From contig NC_135806.1 in the NCBI RefSeq assembly GCF_964213995.1, positions 42,036,001-42,100,000 of the forward strand: a DNA stretch of 64,000 nt. The letters are read 5' to 3'. The notes under the pieces are model-generated. The model had not been told where the DNA came from. It did not search any database and saw nothing but the letters and a program-made list of their open reading frames with translations. The position numbers were made by a program, and so were the translations under genes. Source of the stretch: Mustelus asterias. Lineage: Eukaryota. This document shows, in pieces, positions 1-11,449 of this stretch (positions within the stretch are counted from its first letter, which is position 1; each line of letters begins with the position of its first letter).

Positions 1-18
1 CCTGCCCAAGTGCATTGT

Positions 19-190
19 TGGATCCTGGGTGACAAGGGCTATCTCCGAAGGAAGTGGCTCATGGCATCATCCATGCGGCCCTTTGAAGAAGTGTTCCAAT
101 GCACCACACTGATTGACCAGGGCAATATTAGAGCAGATTATATTGCACTGCCAAAAATGCACTTCTGCTCACTGCCTTGATCACTCCAGC
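19..190 (+). mobile_element. Degraded PIF/Harbinger transposase fragment
   Basis: Manual translation gives WILGDKGYLRRKWLM, then (frameshifted) TRAILEQ...CLDHS, resembling the DDE_Tnp_4 motifs LLGDxGY..WLM and TR..IEQ...RCLD. Confidence 0.7.
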
Positions 191-526
191 GCCACAGAGG
201 ATATGTAGGATTATCATAATGAAAAGGGGAGGGGAGTTGCCATGTAACAACGTGGAAGAGCTGCTAACCATCTCAAATGACAATGACAGGGAGGGATATA
301 AGAGAGAGGGCAGAATGTTGCAGGTCCTCTCCAAGATGCCAGGGCCATGGTGAGACATCAGAGCTGTCAGAGACAACCTCCTCTTCAATCATTTTGCCCA
401 CAAATGAGGCATCTCCCAGAAGATCAGTACCTTTCCTGAGAACCTTTGCCTGTTCTGATTATGCTCCCACCTCTGCCAACCTTCATCTGGAGCTATCTTA
501 CTACCCAGTTAGAAGGCCAAGGGCAA

Positions 527-1110
527 ACATAGAAGTACAGAAAATAGGAACAGGAGGAGGCCACTTGGCCCTTCGAGTCTGCTCTGCCATTCACTATGAT
601 CATGGCTGATCATTCAACTCAATAGCCTGATCCTGCCTTTCCCCAATATCCTTTGATTCCCTTCACCTCGAGTACTATATCTAACTGCTTCTTAAAAACA
701 TACTTGGTGGGATTTTACGGCCTCACGCGTCCCGAAACTGGAAAATCCCGCCCAAGGTCAACGGACGTTTCCATGGTCCGCCCCTCGCCTGCTCCGATTC
801 CATGGCAGGCCGGACGGTTAAATTCCAGCTACAATGTTTTGGCTTCAACTGCTTTCTGTGGTAGTGAATTCCACAGGCTGACCACTCTCTGGGTGCAGAC
901 ATTTCTCCTCATCTCTGTCCTAAACAGTCTATCCTGTATCCTCAGACTGTGACCCCTTGTTCTGGACACCCAGCTATCAGGAACATCCTTCTTGCATCTA
1001 CCATGTCTAGTACTGTTAGAATTTTATAGGTTTCTATAAAATCCCCCCTCATTCTTCTGAACTCCAGCAAATACAATCTTAACTGACTCAATTTCTCCTC
1101 AAACGTCCCC
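527..1110 (-). mobile_element. CR1-clade LINE 3' fragment, interrupted by a short insertion at ~704-829
   Basis: ORF 942..1124(-) reads LRLYLLEFRRMRGDFIETYKIL, a typical CR1 ORF2 C-terminus; CR1-type 3' tail near 527. Confidence 0.8.
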
Positions 1111-1439
1111 CAACCCCACTTCACATACCACTCTCACCACTGACTCACCTTTGCTGGTCCCATGCCTCCATTCTGAGGCAAATCACAAGTGCAAAACTCT
1201 ATATTGCTCCCGGGTTGCTAGTAGCAGTGCAAAGAAGATTTATCTTTCATTCAGGGAGACACCCAAACCAGCCAGAAGGGAATGGAAACCCTGGATGGAA
1301 CAGTGGGTATTGATGAATTTAAAAAGAGATTTGATGTAAACGTGACAGTCCCATGCCTCTGCGCCAACTGCCACTTTCCTTATTCCTCCCTTGCACCCCA
1401 GAGTTCAAGGAAAGCTGTTGCACGTCATCGTGCAATGGA

Positions 1440-1785
1440 AAAGTGATATTATCGCTTGACAATTAATCCAGAAACTCAGCTAATGCTCTCGAAACCCGGG
1501 TTCAAATCCCGCCACGGCAGATGATGGAATTTGAATTCAATAAAAAATATCTAGAATTAAGAATCTACTGATGACCATGAAACCATTGTCGATTGTTGGG
1601 AAAACCCATCTGGTTCACTCATGTCCTTTAGGGAAGGAAATCTGCTGTCCTTATCTGGTCTGACCTACATGCGACTCCAGAGCCACAGCAATGTGGTTGA
1701 CTCTCAACTGCCCTCCAAGGGCAACTAAGGATGAACAATAAATGCTGGCCAGCCAGCAACGTCCCATGTCCCACAAATAAAAAAA
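1440..1785 (+). mobile_element. tRNA-derived SINE with LINE-derived tail (family also at ~9165-9325, 27990-28110, 29215-29540, 47545-47675, 59840-60120)
   Basis: B-box-like GGTTCAAATCCC; shared core CCCATCTGGTTCAC...GGGAAGGAAATCTGC; tail GCTGGCCAGCCAGC...CCCATGTCCCAC matches the 3' end of the LINE at 29643-30796. Confidence 0.75.
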
Positions 1786-2227
1786 CCCTTTAAACCCATT
1801 TTTGGGACATCAAAGGACATATTGCACTGTCAGCTTCAAGTTTGGCAGTCATTGCTGAATGAGGGACATCTTGCTTTTATAGGCAACAATATGGTGGTGA
1901 GTTAGAGGTCGGTCTTTATTGGATGGTAAATGTGTGTGACATGATTTGTATTATCAAGGTGATGATAATGCCACTGAATGTCATGGGGCAATGATTAAAT
2001 TTTCTCTTGTTGGAGATGGCCATTGTCTGGCAGTTGTGTGATATGAATATTCCTGGCCACTTGTTAGTTCAAGACAGAATATTGTCCAGGTCTTGCTGCA
2101 TTTGAACATGGACTGCTTCAGTATCTGAGGAGTCGCAATGGTGCTGAACATTGTTCACTGTTGACTGCACATCCTTCTGAACTTATGAGGGAAAAAAAGA
2201 CAATGATGAAAAAACTGAAAACAGAGC

Positions 2228-2540
2228 AGCACGGTAGTAGTGGTTAGCACTGCTGACTCACAGCACCAGGGACCCTGGTTGAATTCCAGGCTTGAGTGAC
2301 TGTTTGCGTGGAGTTTGCACATTCTCCCCATGTCTGCATGGGTTTCCTCCGTACGCTCCAGTTTCCTCCACAGTCCAAAGATGTGCCAGTTAGGTTGATT
2401 GGCAGTATTAAATTGCCCCTTAATGTCAGGGGGATGAGCAGGATAAATATTTGGGGTTACAGGGATAGGGCCTGGGTGGGAATATTGTTAGTGCAGGTTT
2501 CATGAGCCGAATGGCCTCCTTCCGCACCGTATTCTATGAT
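2228..2540 (+). mobile_element. HE1-like shark tRNA SINE
   Basis: GTGGTTAGCACTGCTG (A box) and GGTTGAATTCC (B box), body GTGGAGTTTGCACATTCTCCCC, CR1-like tail; many copies in the window. Confidence 0.85.
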
Positions 2541-2545
2541 ATGAA

Positions 2546-2762
2546 TGATGTAGGGATGCCAGCGTTGGGGGCTATCTCCACTGGTGGGGTGGGCACAGTA
2601 AGAAGTCTCACAACACCAGGTTAAAGTCCAACAGGTTTATTTGGAATCATGTGCTTTCGGGGCGCTGCTCCTTCATCAGGTGGGTGGATGAAGCGCCTGA
2701 TGAAGGAGCAGCGCTCCGAAAGCTCTGTTGGACATGAACCTGGTGTTGTGAGACTTCTTACT
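2546..2762. mobile_element. Short palindromic Penelope-like (pLTR) insertion A
   Basis: Inverted arms bounded by AGTAAGAAG (2597) and CTTCTTACT (2762); tail on the left side only; flanks ATGATATGAAT/ATGATAAGAAT form a probable TSD. Confidence 0.8.
2694..2725 (+). ncRNA. Minimal hammerhead ribozyme motif (Penelope pLTR); 3' strand of helix I deleted
   Basis: CTGATGA-A-GGAGC/AGC/GCTCC-GAAA-GC-TC. Confidence 0.65.
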
Positions 2763-3074
2763 ATGATAAGAATGGACTAGGACACTACCCTGAGGAACTT
2801 CTGCAGTGATGATCTGGAATACAATGGATATTCATGGACGCACAGCCGGGACCATCACCCCATGTGCCTGCCACTGATTTAATCTCTAAATTTGAACCCA
2901 CCATTGGGAAAGCAAACATTCGGCTCCTGCCCAAAGTAATACCATTGTCGACTCCATAAAATCTCCCTCTCTCCACAGGCGCTGTTAAATCTTCTGAGAA
3001 TTTCCAGAATTTTCTCATTTAACTTCAGCTCACAACAGCCACTCAGTCTCAGAATAATCTCCGAGCAACCGCCA

Positions 3075-3420
3075 CCTGCCCGGGGGCGGGGCTGGTGCGG
3101 GGTCAGAGGGGGGGGCGGGGCCAGGAAAGCGACGGAGCGGGAATGGGGCGGGGCCGGAGGGCGACGGAGCGGGGAGGGGGCGGGGCCGGAGGGGGCGGGG
3201 CAGATGAGGCATGGGGCGGGGCCAGGAGAGCGACGGAGCGGGTCCGGAGGGGGCGGGGCGGGGCGGGTCCGGAGGGGGCGGGGCGGGGCCACGGGTCTCA
3301 GTTCCGATTGGATAGTGGCAAGTGGCGTCACTGGCGCGAGGCAGCCTTCTGATTGGAGCAAGGTGGTCATGTGAGAACGGGGTCAGCGGTCAGCAGCCGC
3401 ACTGTGGGGGCCGCCATGTT
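3075..3420 (+). promoter_or_regulatory. TOMM5 CpG-island promoter
   Basis: About ten GGGGCGGG GC-boxes, inverted CCAAT boxes (ATTGG at 3307 and 3352), a CGTCA half-CRE, and YY1 consensus CCGCCATGTT overlapping the ATG. Confidence 0.85.
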
Positions 3421-3536
3421 CAGGATGGAGGCGCTGGGGCCGAAGATGGATCCGGAGGAGATGCGGAAAAAGATGCGGGCCGATGTGCTGCGCTCCGTCC
3501 GCAACTTCTTCATTTACGTGGCCATCCTGCGGGCCA
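3416..3536 (+). CDS. TOMM5: TOMM5 coding exon 1 (mitochondrial import receptor subunit TOM5)
   Basis: Kozak GCCGCCATG; [40 protein letters not shown] closely matches vertebrate TOM5; phase-1 donor A|GTGAGT at 3537. Confidence 0.97.
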
Positions 3537-4106
3537 GTGAGTGTCGGGAGGAAGCGGGGAGGGGGGAAAATGGTTGGGAATTAGGAATCTGAGGTCATGG
3601 CTTCGTGCTCACGGTCACCGGGAAGCAGAGCAGCTGTCCCGGTCCCGGCAGCTGTACCGGCCCGGGCCCCTGTCCTGCAATGTCCAAACTACGAGAGTTG
3701 GGCCCGAGCAGCGATGCCTCCTCTCCCCCACCCACCCGGGGAGCGGGCATCGCACATGGGCGGCCAGTGAAGCAAATCAATCTCTGGGAGAGACTGCAGG
3801 AGCCGGCCACTCAGCCCTTCAAGCCTACTTTCCTATTCAATAAGATAATGTCTGATTGGTTTATGTTTCTAATTCTACATTCCCATCTACCCCTAATACC
3901 CCTACCACCTCTGCCTTAAAAATATTCAATGACCCCACTGTGTTCTGAGGTAGAGAGTTCCCAAGTCACACATCCCTCTGAGAAAAATTTCTGATCTGTC
4001 TTAAAAAGGTGACCCCTAATTTTAAAACAGTGCTGCTTAGTTTTGGGCTCTTTCACAAGAGGAAACATCCTTTCCATTCCACCTTATTAAGACCATACAG
4101 GATCTT

Positions 4107-4772
4107 AAGGTTAACGTGCAGGTTCAGTCGGCAGTTAGGAAGGTAAATGCAATGTTAGCATTCATGTTGACAGAGCTAGAATGCAAGAGCAGGGATGTAC
4201 TTCTGAGGCTGTATAAGGCTCTGGTTAGACCCCATTTGGAGTATTGTGAGCAGTTTTGGGCCCCATATATAAGGAAGGATGTGCTGGCCTTGGAAAGGGT
4301 CCAGAGGAGGTTCAAAAGAATGATCCCTGGAATGAAGAGCTTGTCGTATGAGGAACGGTTGAGGACTCTGGGTCTGTACTCGTTGGAGTTTAGAAAGATA
4401 TGGGGGGATATTATTGAAACTTACAGGATACTGTGGGGCCTGGATAGAGTGGACGTGGACAAGACGTTTCCACTCGTAGGAAAGACTAGAACCAGAGGGC
4501 AGAACCTCAGGCTAAAGGGACGAATCTTTCAAACAGAGATGAGGAGGAATTTCTTCAGCCAGAGAGTGGTGAATCTTTGCTGCAGAAGACTGTGGAGGCC
4601 AGGTCATTGAGTGTCTTTAAGACAGAGCTAGGTTCTTGATTAATAAGGGGGTCAAGGGTTATGGGGAAAAGGCAGGAGAATGGGGATGAGAAAAGTATCA
4701 GTCATGATTGAATGGTGGAGCAGACTTGATGGGCCAAGTGGCCTAATTCTGCTCCTATGTCTTATGGTCTTT
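4107..4772 (+). mobile_element. CR1 LINE 3' fragment inserted in an older antisense CR1 remnant (TOMM5 intron)
   Basis: ORF 4116..4610 contains LYKALVRPHLEYCEQFWAP...; minus-strand CR1 pieces lie on both sides. Confidence 0.9.
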
Positions 4773-4887
4773 TATACTTCACAAATCACCCCTCATTCTT
4801 CTAAGCTCCAATGGAAACAAGCCCAACCTGTTCAACATGCCCTCATAAGACAACCCACTCATTCTTGATATCAATCTAGTAAACCTA

Positions 4888-5165
4888 TGGGTGGCACAGT
4901 GGTTAGTACTGTTGCCTCTCAGCACCAGGGACCCAGGTTCGATTCTGGCTTGGGTCATTGTCTGTGCGGAGTCTGCACATTTTCCCCATGTCTGCATGGG
5001 TTTCCTCCCACAGTTTGAAAGACATGCTAATTAGGTGCATTGACCATGCTAAATTCTCCCTCAGTGTATCTGAACAGGTGTCGGAGTGTGGCGTCTAGGG
5101 GATTTTCGCAGTAACTTCATTGCACTGTTAATGTAATGCTACTTGTGACACTAATGAATAAACTT
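4888..5165 (+). mobile_element. HE1-headed SINE with alternative tail (also ~10035-10328 and ~43410-43692 on the minus strand)
   Basis: Same tRNA-like head as HE1, followed by CTAGGGGATTTTC...GTAACTTCATTGCA...AATAAACTTTAA. Confidence 0.75.
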
Positions 5166-5254
5166 TAAACCCCTCTGAACTGTCTCCAATGCATTTATAT
5201 CCTTTCTTAAATAAAGAGACTAACACTGCACCCAATATTTGAGAATCCAGTTTT

Positions 5255-5748
5255 GACCTTGGGTGTGTGGAGTTTGCATATTCTCCTCGTGCCTGCGTGA
5301 TTTTCCTCTGGGTGTTCTGGTTTCCACCCACAGTCCAAAGATGTGCAGGTTAGGTGGATTAGCCATGGTAAATACTTAGGGATTATGGGGATAGGGCAGA
5401 GGGGAGGGCCTGGGTGGAATGCTCTTTTGGAGAATCATAGAATCCCTACAGTGCAGAAGGAGACCATTCGGCCCATCAAGTCTGCACCGACCACAATCCC
5501 ACCCACGCCCTATTCCCGTAACCCCACATATTTACCCTGCTAAGTCCCCTGACACGAGGGTCAAGTTAGCATTGCCAATCAGCCTAACCCGAACATCTTT
5601 GGAGTGTGGGAGGTAACCGGAGCACCTGGAAGAAACCCATGCAGACATGGGAGAATGTGCAAACTCCAGACAGACAGTGACCTGAGGCTGGAATTGAACC
5701 CAGGTCCCTGGTGGTGTGAAGCAGCAGTGCTAACCACTGTGCTGCCCT
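5255..5748. mobile_element. Two HE1-like SINE copies in opposite orientation (5255-5420 +, 5435-5748 -)
   Basis: The SINE body is seen on + and then as its reverse complement immediately downstream. Confidence 0.8.
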
Positions 5749-6314
5749 GGTGCAGACTTGATGACTGATTGGCATCAACATAGCCCTGTATAGCTGAAGC
5801 ATAACTTTTTTTTAATGTTCAATTCCTTTTGTAATAAAGGATAGCATTCCGTTAGCTGCCTTAATTGCTTGTGCGTATACACTAACTTTTTGTGACTCAT
5901 GCTAGCAACACCTACATCCCTCTGCGCCTCTGAATTCTGCAGTTGTTCTCCATTTAAGTAACACTCGGTTTCTTTTATTCTTCCTGCCAAAGTGAACAAA
6001 TTCAGATTTTCCCACAACCACCAGATGTTTGCCCATTTACTCAACCTATTTATATCCAACCTCCTTATGTCCCCATCACAACATATTATCCTACCTTTGT
6101 GTCATCTGCAAATTTAGCTACTGTATGCCCCTCATCTATGTCATAAATATATAATTTGCGAAAAGAGGCCCCAGTACAGACTCCTGTGGATCTCCACTCG
6201 TGATATATTACCATCAAAAAAACACCCATTTTTCTGCCAGCCAGCCAATCATCTACTCATGCTGATATGTTAACCCTGACACAATGAGCTTTCATTTTCC
6301 ACAATAACCTTGGA

Positions 6315-7330
6315 TGTACTGTGACTGTGTGGAGTTCCCCACAACAGATGTAGAGAGAGAGAGACTGTTCCAGGCTTGAGAGACGAGGAGAGATGAGCTG
6401 TACCCGGATAGAGAGAGTGGAGGAGAGGTAGGCTGTACTAGTTTAGGGGCACAGAAAGAAGAGAGAGAGACTGTACTGTGACAGAGAGAAGGGGATGAGC
6501 GATGCTTCACTGGGAGAGACTCTATTGGGACAGAGAGAGGGGGGTGAGCAATGCTGTACAGGGAGGCTGTAGTGGGACAGAGAGAGTTGGTGAGAGAGGC
6601 TCTATTGGGAGAGAAGGATAGAGACAGTAAGAGTTTTAACAGGTTAAAGTCCAACAGATTTATTTGGTAGCAAATACCATTAGCTTTCGGAGCGCTGCTC
6701 CTTTGTCAGATGGAGTGAAAATCTGCTCTCAAACAGGGCACAGAGACACAAAATCAAGTTACAGAATACTGATTAGAATGCGAATTCTAATCAGTATTCT
6801 GTAACTTGATTTTGTGTCTTTGTGCCCTGTTTGAGAGCAGATTTCCACTCCATCGGACGAAGGAGCAGGGCCCTGAAAGCTAATGGTATTTGCTACCAAA
6901 TAAACCTGTTGGACTTTAACCTGGTGTTGTTAAAACTCTTACTGTATTTACCCCAGTCCAACGCCGGCATCTCCACACCAGGATAGAGAGACAGAGGTGG
7001 GGTGGAGAGCCTGTATCGGGATAGAAAAACAAGGGGAGAGGGAGAGTGTACCAGGATAGAGATGCCTGCGGTGATGTGGGATGATGGGGGGGGAGGGCAG
7101 CCTCTACTGGGATAGGGAGAGAGTTGGTGAGAGGCGCTGTACCAGGATAGAGAGAGAGGGAGAATATACTGGGGAAAGAGGCACTGCACTTTGGTAGATT
7201 GTGGGCTGAGGAGTTGGGAGTGCAGAGAGATGGATTGGTGGAGGGCAGCTGCACTGGGGACATAATCAGAGGTCATGTATGGCTGTATTGGGAAGAATTG
7301 GGGCATCTTCTGGAATAGATCCCATGTGTA
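6315..7330 (+). repeat. Degenerate GA-rich minisatellite (unit like CTGTACTGGGATAGAGAGAG...) split by Penelope insertion B
   Basis: Recurrent CTGTAC/CTCTA + GGGA(T/C)AGAGAGAG units on both sides of 6625-6980. Confidence 0.7.
6624..6978. mobile_element. Palindromic Penelope-like insertion B (TOMM5 intron)
   Basis: Arms of ~155 bp around a centre near 6780; tail CCCCAGTCCAACGCCGGCATCTCCAC on the right only; GGATAGAGA on both flanks; hammerhead motifs at 6677-6713(-) and 6850-6886(+). Confidence 0.88.
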
Positions 7331-7953
7331 GACTTTACTGGGGTATGGGGGAAACATCTTGAGCTAAAGCTGCAATACATTTGGTGTGGGGAGGGGTGTT
7401 GTAGGTTTGCTAACATTTTGGGATTTCTGATCTTTTTCCTGTGACCCTGAAAGGGTCGATGTTTCTAGTTGAGCCTCCCAGTCAGAAGTGCTAGGAAGTG
7501 TTATCTTCCCTCCACTACTCCATACAGTTCAGAAATTGAATGTAGCATAAATCAGTCCCTCAGCCACAGCAATGTCACTCCTATTACAAACTGAGAGACC
7601 AGATGTAATGTGTACAAAAGTCTCAACAATTTCTCTTGTATTATTTTGCTTGACATCGATAATCAAATCTTCTAACAGAGATTCAGTTGATTTACCGTAG
7701 CACTGAGCAAATCCCCATTGGCTTTTTGATGTTTTTATGGCTTTTTTATTTTCATGTACAAGTATTGAGGCAAGAAGGTCCAAATGCAAGTATTTTTAAT
7801 AAATAAAGGCTATTGGAGCTTGCATGTCTGTTAATGTATCTAAACTCAACCAGCCTACTTTCACATCGTAATTCTCTCCAGTACATATTTATGATGCCCT
7901 TTACAAATTGCTTTAATCTGCAAATTATATTAAATGATGAATTTGTTTTCCAG

Positions 7954-7988
7954 CTCCATTTATCCTAATGAAACTGGATAGTATTTGA
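7954..7988 (+). CDS. TOMM5: TOMM5 coding exon 2
   Basis: Acceptor TTTGTTTTCCAG; the spliced frame gives TPFILMKLDSI-TGA (human TPFILKKLDSI); total 51 aa. Confidence 0.97.
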
Positions 7989-8981
7989 ACTTCGCTGCCC
8001 GCAGAGATCAGCATGGTGCAGGACAATCATCAAGCCGTACTTGATCCTCGTTGGTACAGAATGATAAAATGAATGTGGACAATTGGGAATCATAGTGCTG
8101 CGAAGAAATGGATCATTTAAACTCAGCTAAAGGACAAACTATCAACCCTCAACATATTAGAAACTCTTCTGCCTATGGAACTGGATTAATTGCTGGTTAT
8201 GCTTATCTCACATTGACCATTCCCCGTGTTATTTCATACAAGGACTCTGTTGTTTTGTGATTGTTTTACACCACAGATTCGCTGCATGCACTAACGTGTC
8301 AGTGTGCAAAACAAAACCTGTGTTTATAACACTTTTTGTCTGCCCTGAGTGTGAACCTGATCCACAATCCACCTGATTTTGAGATCAGCTGAATTCCCTC
8401 CTTTCTGGGGAATCGTGTAGGAATTGCAGTATTTGATAACTGTGCCTCAGTGACACAAAACTAATATTTTGAACCTGTAAGGAGTACATGACTGAAAAAG
8501 ATATGAGATACTTGCTATACCTCCAGGCTTGAGGGGTGCAGTGTAAGAAATGACACGAAGCAGTGATACTTTCCCCCCTGTGAGTTTAGTTGACGTTTTT
8601 TCACTAGATTTGCTTTAATAATTGGATTTGCACAAAAAAATCAATTTTCATATTGGATTATCTATTAAAACTATTGATAATTTTTCATTTGGTCTGATTA
8701 AAGATTACAAAATCTCATGTTACTTGCACTGATGTAAAGGTCACAACTCTGATTTCAAAGTTTTTTCTTAAGCCACTTGTTACATTCTCCTTTACATTTT
8801 CATTCCTACTTTTTTTCTTTAATCTATCTAAATTGTAGTGTAACTTGCTGCTACATTTTGACCTTCCTCTGCCTTCCAAATATCTGTAAAAGCTTTAAAT
8901 TGTGCTGCACATCAGTGGTTTTCGTTGATTAATTTACTTTTATTGAACCGAGAGTGATAGTTGGATTATGTTCTTTTAAGC

Positions 8982-8987
8982 AATAAA
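8982..8987 (+). terminator. Candidate TOMM5 polyadenylation signal
   Basis: AATAAA ~1 kb after the stop, at the end of a repeat-free AT-rich 3' UTR-like stretch; ATTAAA variants also occur upstream. Confidence 0.45.
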
Positions 8988-11449
8988 GTGGATTGTTGGT
9001 CCTTCATGGAACCATTGGTAACAATCAGCTGGCCTATTCAAATTGAAATGGGGTAAGTGATTATTTAGTTCATTCTGCCATTAACTACCTAATGACTTGC
9101 AGTGCATACAAAGAAGGAGGACAGGAGGAGTAGGTTATTTAGCCTCTTCAGCCTATTCCACCACTGTCCTTACTGGTCTGGCCCAAGTGATTCCAGACCC
9201 ACAACAATGTGATTAACTCTTAACGGCCGTCTGAAATGGCTTAGCAAGCCACTCAGTTCAAGGGTGATTAGGGGGATGGGCAACAAATCCTGTCCTTGTC
9301 AGTAATGCCCACATCCCATGAAAGATTTTTTAAAAATTATGGCAAATCTATGCTGCAGTCCTTCCTAGGCTAATATATCCCCCCCCTGAGGTGTGTCCAG
9401 AATTGCTCTCGGTACTCCAGGGCTTTATGTAACTGAACCATGACTTCTACCCCTTGTACCTATTGCTCGAGATATAAAGGCCACCTCACTAAGCAAGTAA
9501 GGCAGACTGAACGAGGAGTGAGGCCGACTGATGGACTGACCGAGGGAAGTTAACTGACCGAGTGAGTGAGGCCATAAGAGCGAGTAACCGATATCGGAAC
9601 ATTGGGGTATGTGACTTTCTATCCCCTCATCTAAGTTGTTAATAAATATGGTAAATAGTTCAAGCCCCAATACACATTCTTAGGCAGAATGTGACCAGTG
9701 GTGACCTAATCAGATTACCGGCTTCTAATCCTTATTCCAAGTCTCCTGCTCAGCCAGTTCCATAACCAGGTCAGTACTACCTTCAATTCCAGGAGGCTCA
9801 TCTTTAGCCAGCATTCTCTTATGAGGGACTTTATGAAATGCCTTTTAAAAATTCATGTAAATAATATCTAGAATATGTCCACAACTTTAGTCACCTTTTC
9901 AAAAAAATCAGATTCATCCCACACCAGCATGGTTGGCACTTCATGCCCTCTGAAATGACCAGCAAGCCAATGCAGTTGTTCCAAGAAGACCCACCACCAC
10001 CTTTCAAGAAACCAAGAAAAGGCAATAAGTTTTTTATAAAGTTTATTTATTAGTGTCACAAGAAGGCTTACATTAACGCTTCATTGAAGTTACTGTGAAA
10101 ATCCCCTAGTCGCAACACTCCAGTGCCTGTTCAGGTACACTCGGAGAATTTAGCATAGCTAATGCCCCTAACCAGTATGTCTTTCGGACTGTGGGAAGAA
10201 ACCGGAGCACCCGGAGGAAACCCACGGGGAGAATGTGCAGACTCAACACAGACAGTGACTCGAGCCGGGAATCGAACCTGGGTTCTGGTGCTGTGAGGCA
10301 GCAGTGCTAACCACTGTGCCACCATGCTGCTAAAGGTACTGGTGAAGCCCACAGGAAGGAGTGAATAAAAAGTACTAAATATACCAATATAGACATCCAA
10401 AAAGTGCAGTGTTCAGGCAATAAGATTTCATCAAGCTTTCCTTTAGATGGTTTTGTAACTTCCAACAATAACTTACATAGCACCTTGAATGTAATAAAAC
10501 ATCTCAAGGTACTTCTTAGGGGCAGTGTGAAATATGACACCGAGCCATGTAAGATCAAGTCAGATGACCAACAGCTTGCTCCGAGGTGGGGTTTAAGGAC
10601 TTTTAAAGGAGAAAAGAGAGGTAGAGATCCAACCATGCAGAAGTGTTTTTATTCATTGGTGGGATGTGGGAATCATTGGTAAGGACAGCATCCAAATCCG
10701 ATTCTTAATTGCGAAGGTGGTGGTGAGCTGCCTTCTTGAACAACTGTAGTCTTTGTCTAAGTCCATCCATGGTGTTCATGGTATGTTCACTTGTGAGAAG
10801 TTATGGAAGACCTATTGGATAATGGAACATTTGGCTTAACCTGTTGACATATGTGCACAATTTTTGAACTTTCTTTTGTGGCCCCAACAAACATCAGTTC
10901 GAAATTTGTGAAACAGCTACCCAGACTTTTCTGTCCCCCACCAAGTTCAGTGCCAAAGAATTGGTTTGACATTTATTTGGCCAATGTCTCATTGTAGCAA
11001 GGTCTGGTGTCAAACAGAAACCCCAGTCGGTACTTAACAGTTATGTTATGGGACTTCTGTAATTTCCCCAACTTTGTAAAGCAGAATAAACATTTACCAA
11101 ATTATACTTTAAACCAATGGTTCTCAAAGTGGTTGTGAAGGTCTCGAGGTGATCTGTGAACTTTTAGCTCTAACTATGGGCATTCACCAATGCAGTTTTG
11201 AAGCACTTGCTGCCATCCCCAGCAACATGCAAAATCATATTTTCAACACTTGGGGCTGAAAATATAAAGGAACTGGTTGAATGTGGGCCCAACATGAGAT
11301 GGAAGCTCTTCAGCTTGGAACCAGGTGGGCAGCATGGAATCGATATGTGGTCTGCTGGATCTCTTGTCACACCTAAATGGTTCTTGGATGAACAGGTTTG
11401 AGAACCACTGCTTTAAATTATAAACCACCAGTTGAATTTATTAACTACA

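Noticed and set aside
2879-3919. Pro/Gly/Arg-rich ORFs around the TOMM5 promoter and N-/C-terminal extensions of ORF 3353..3592
   Set aside because: By-products of GC-rich sequence; only 3416-3536 matches TOM5, and it ends at a consensus donor.
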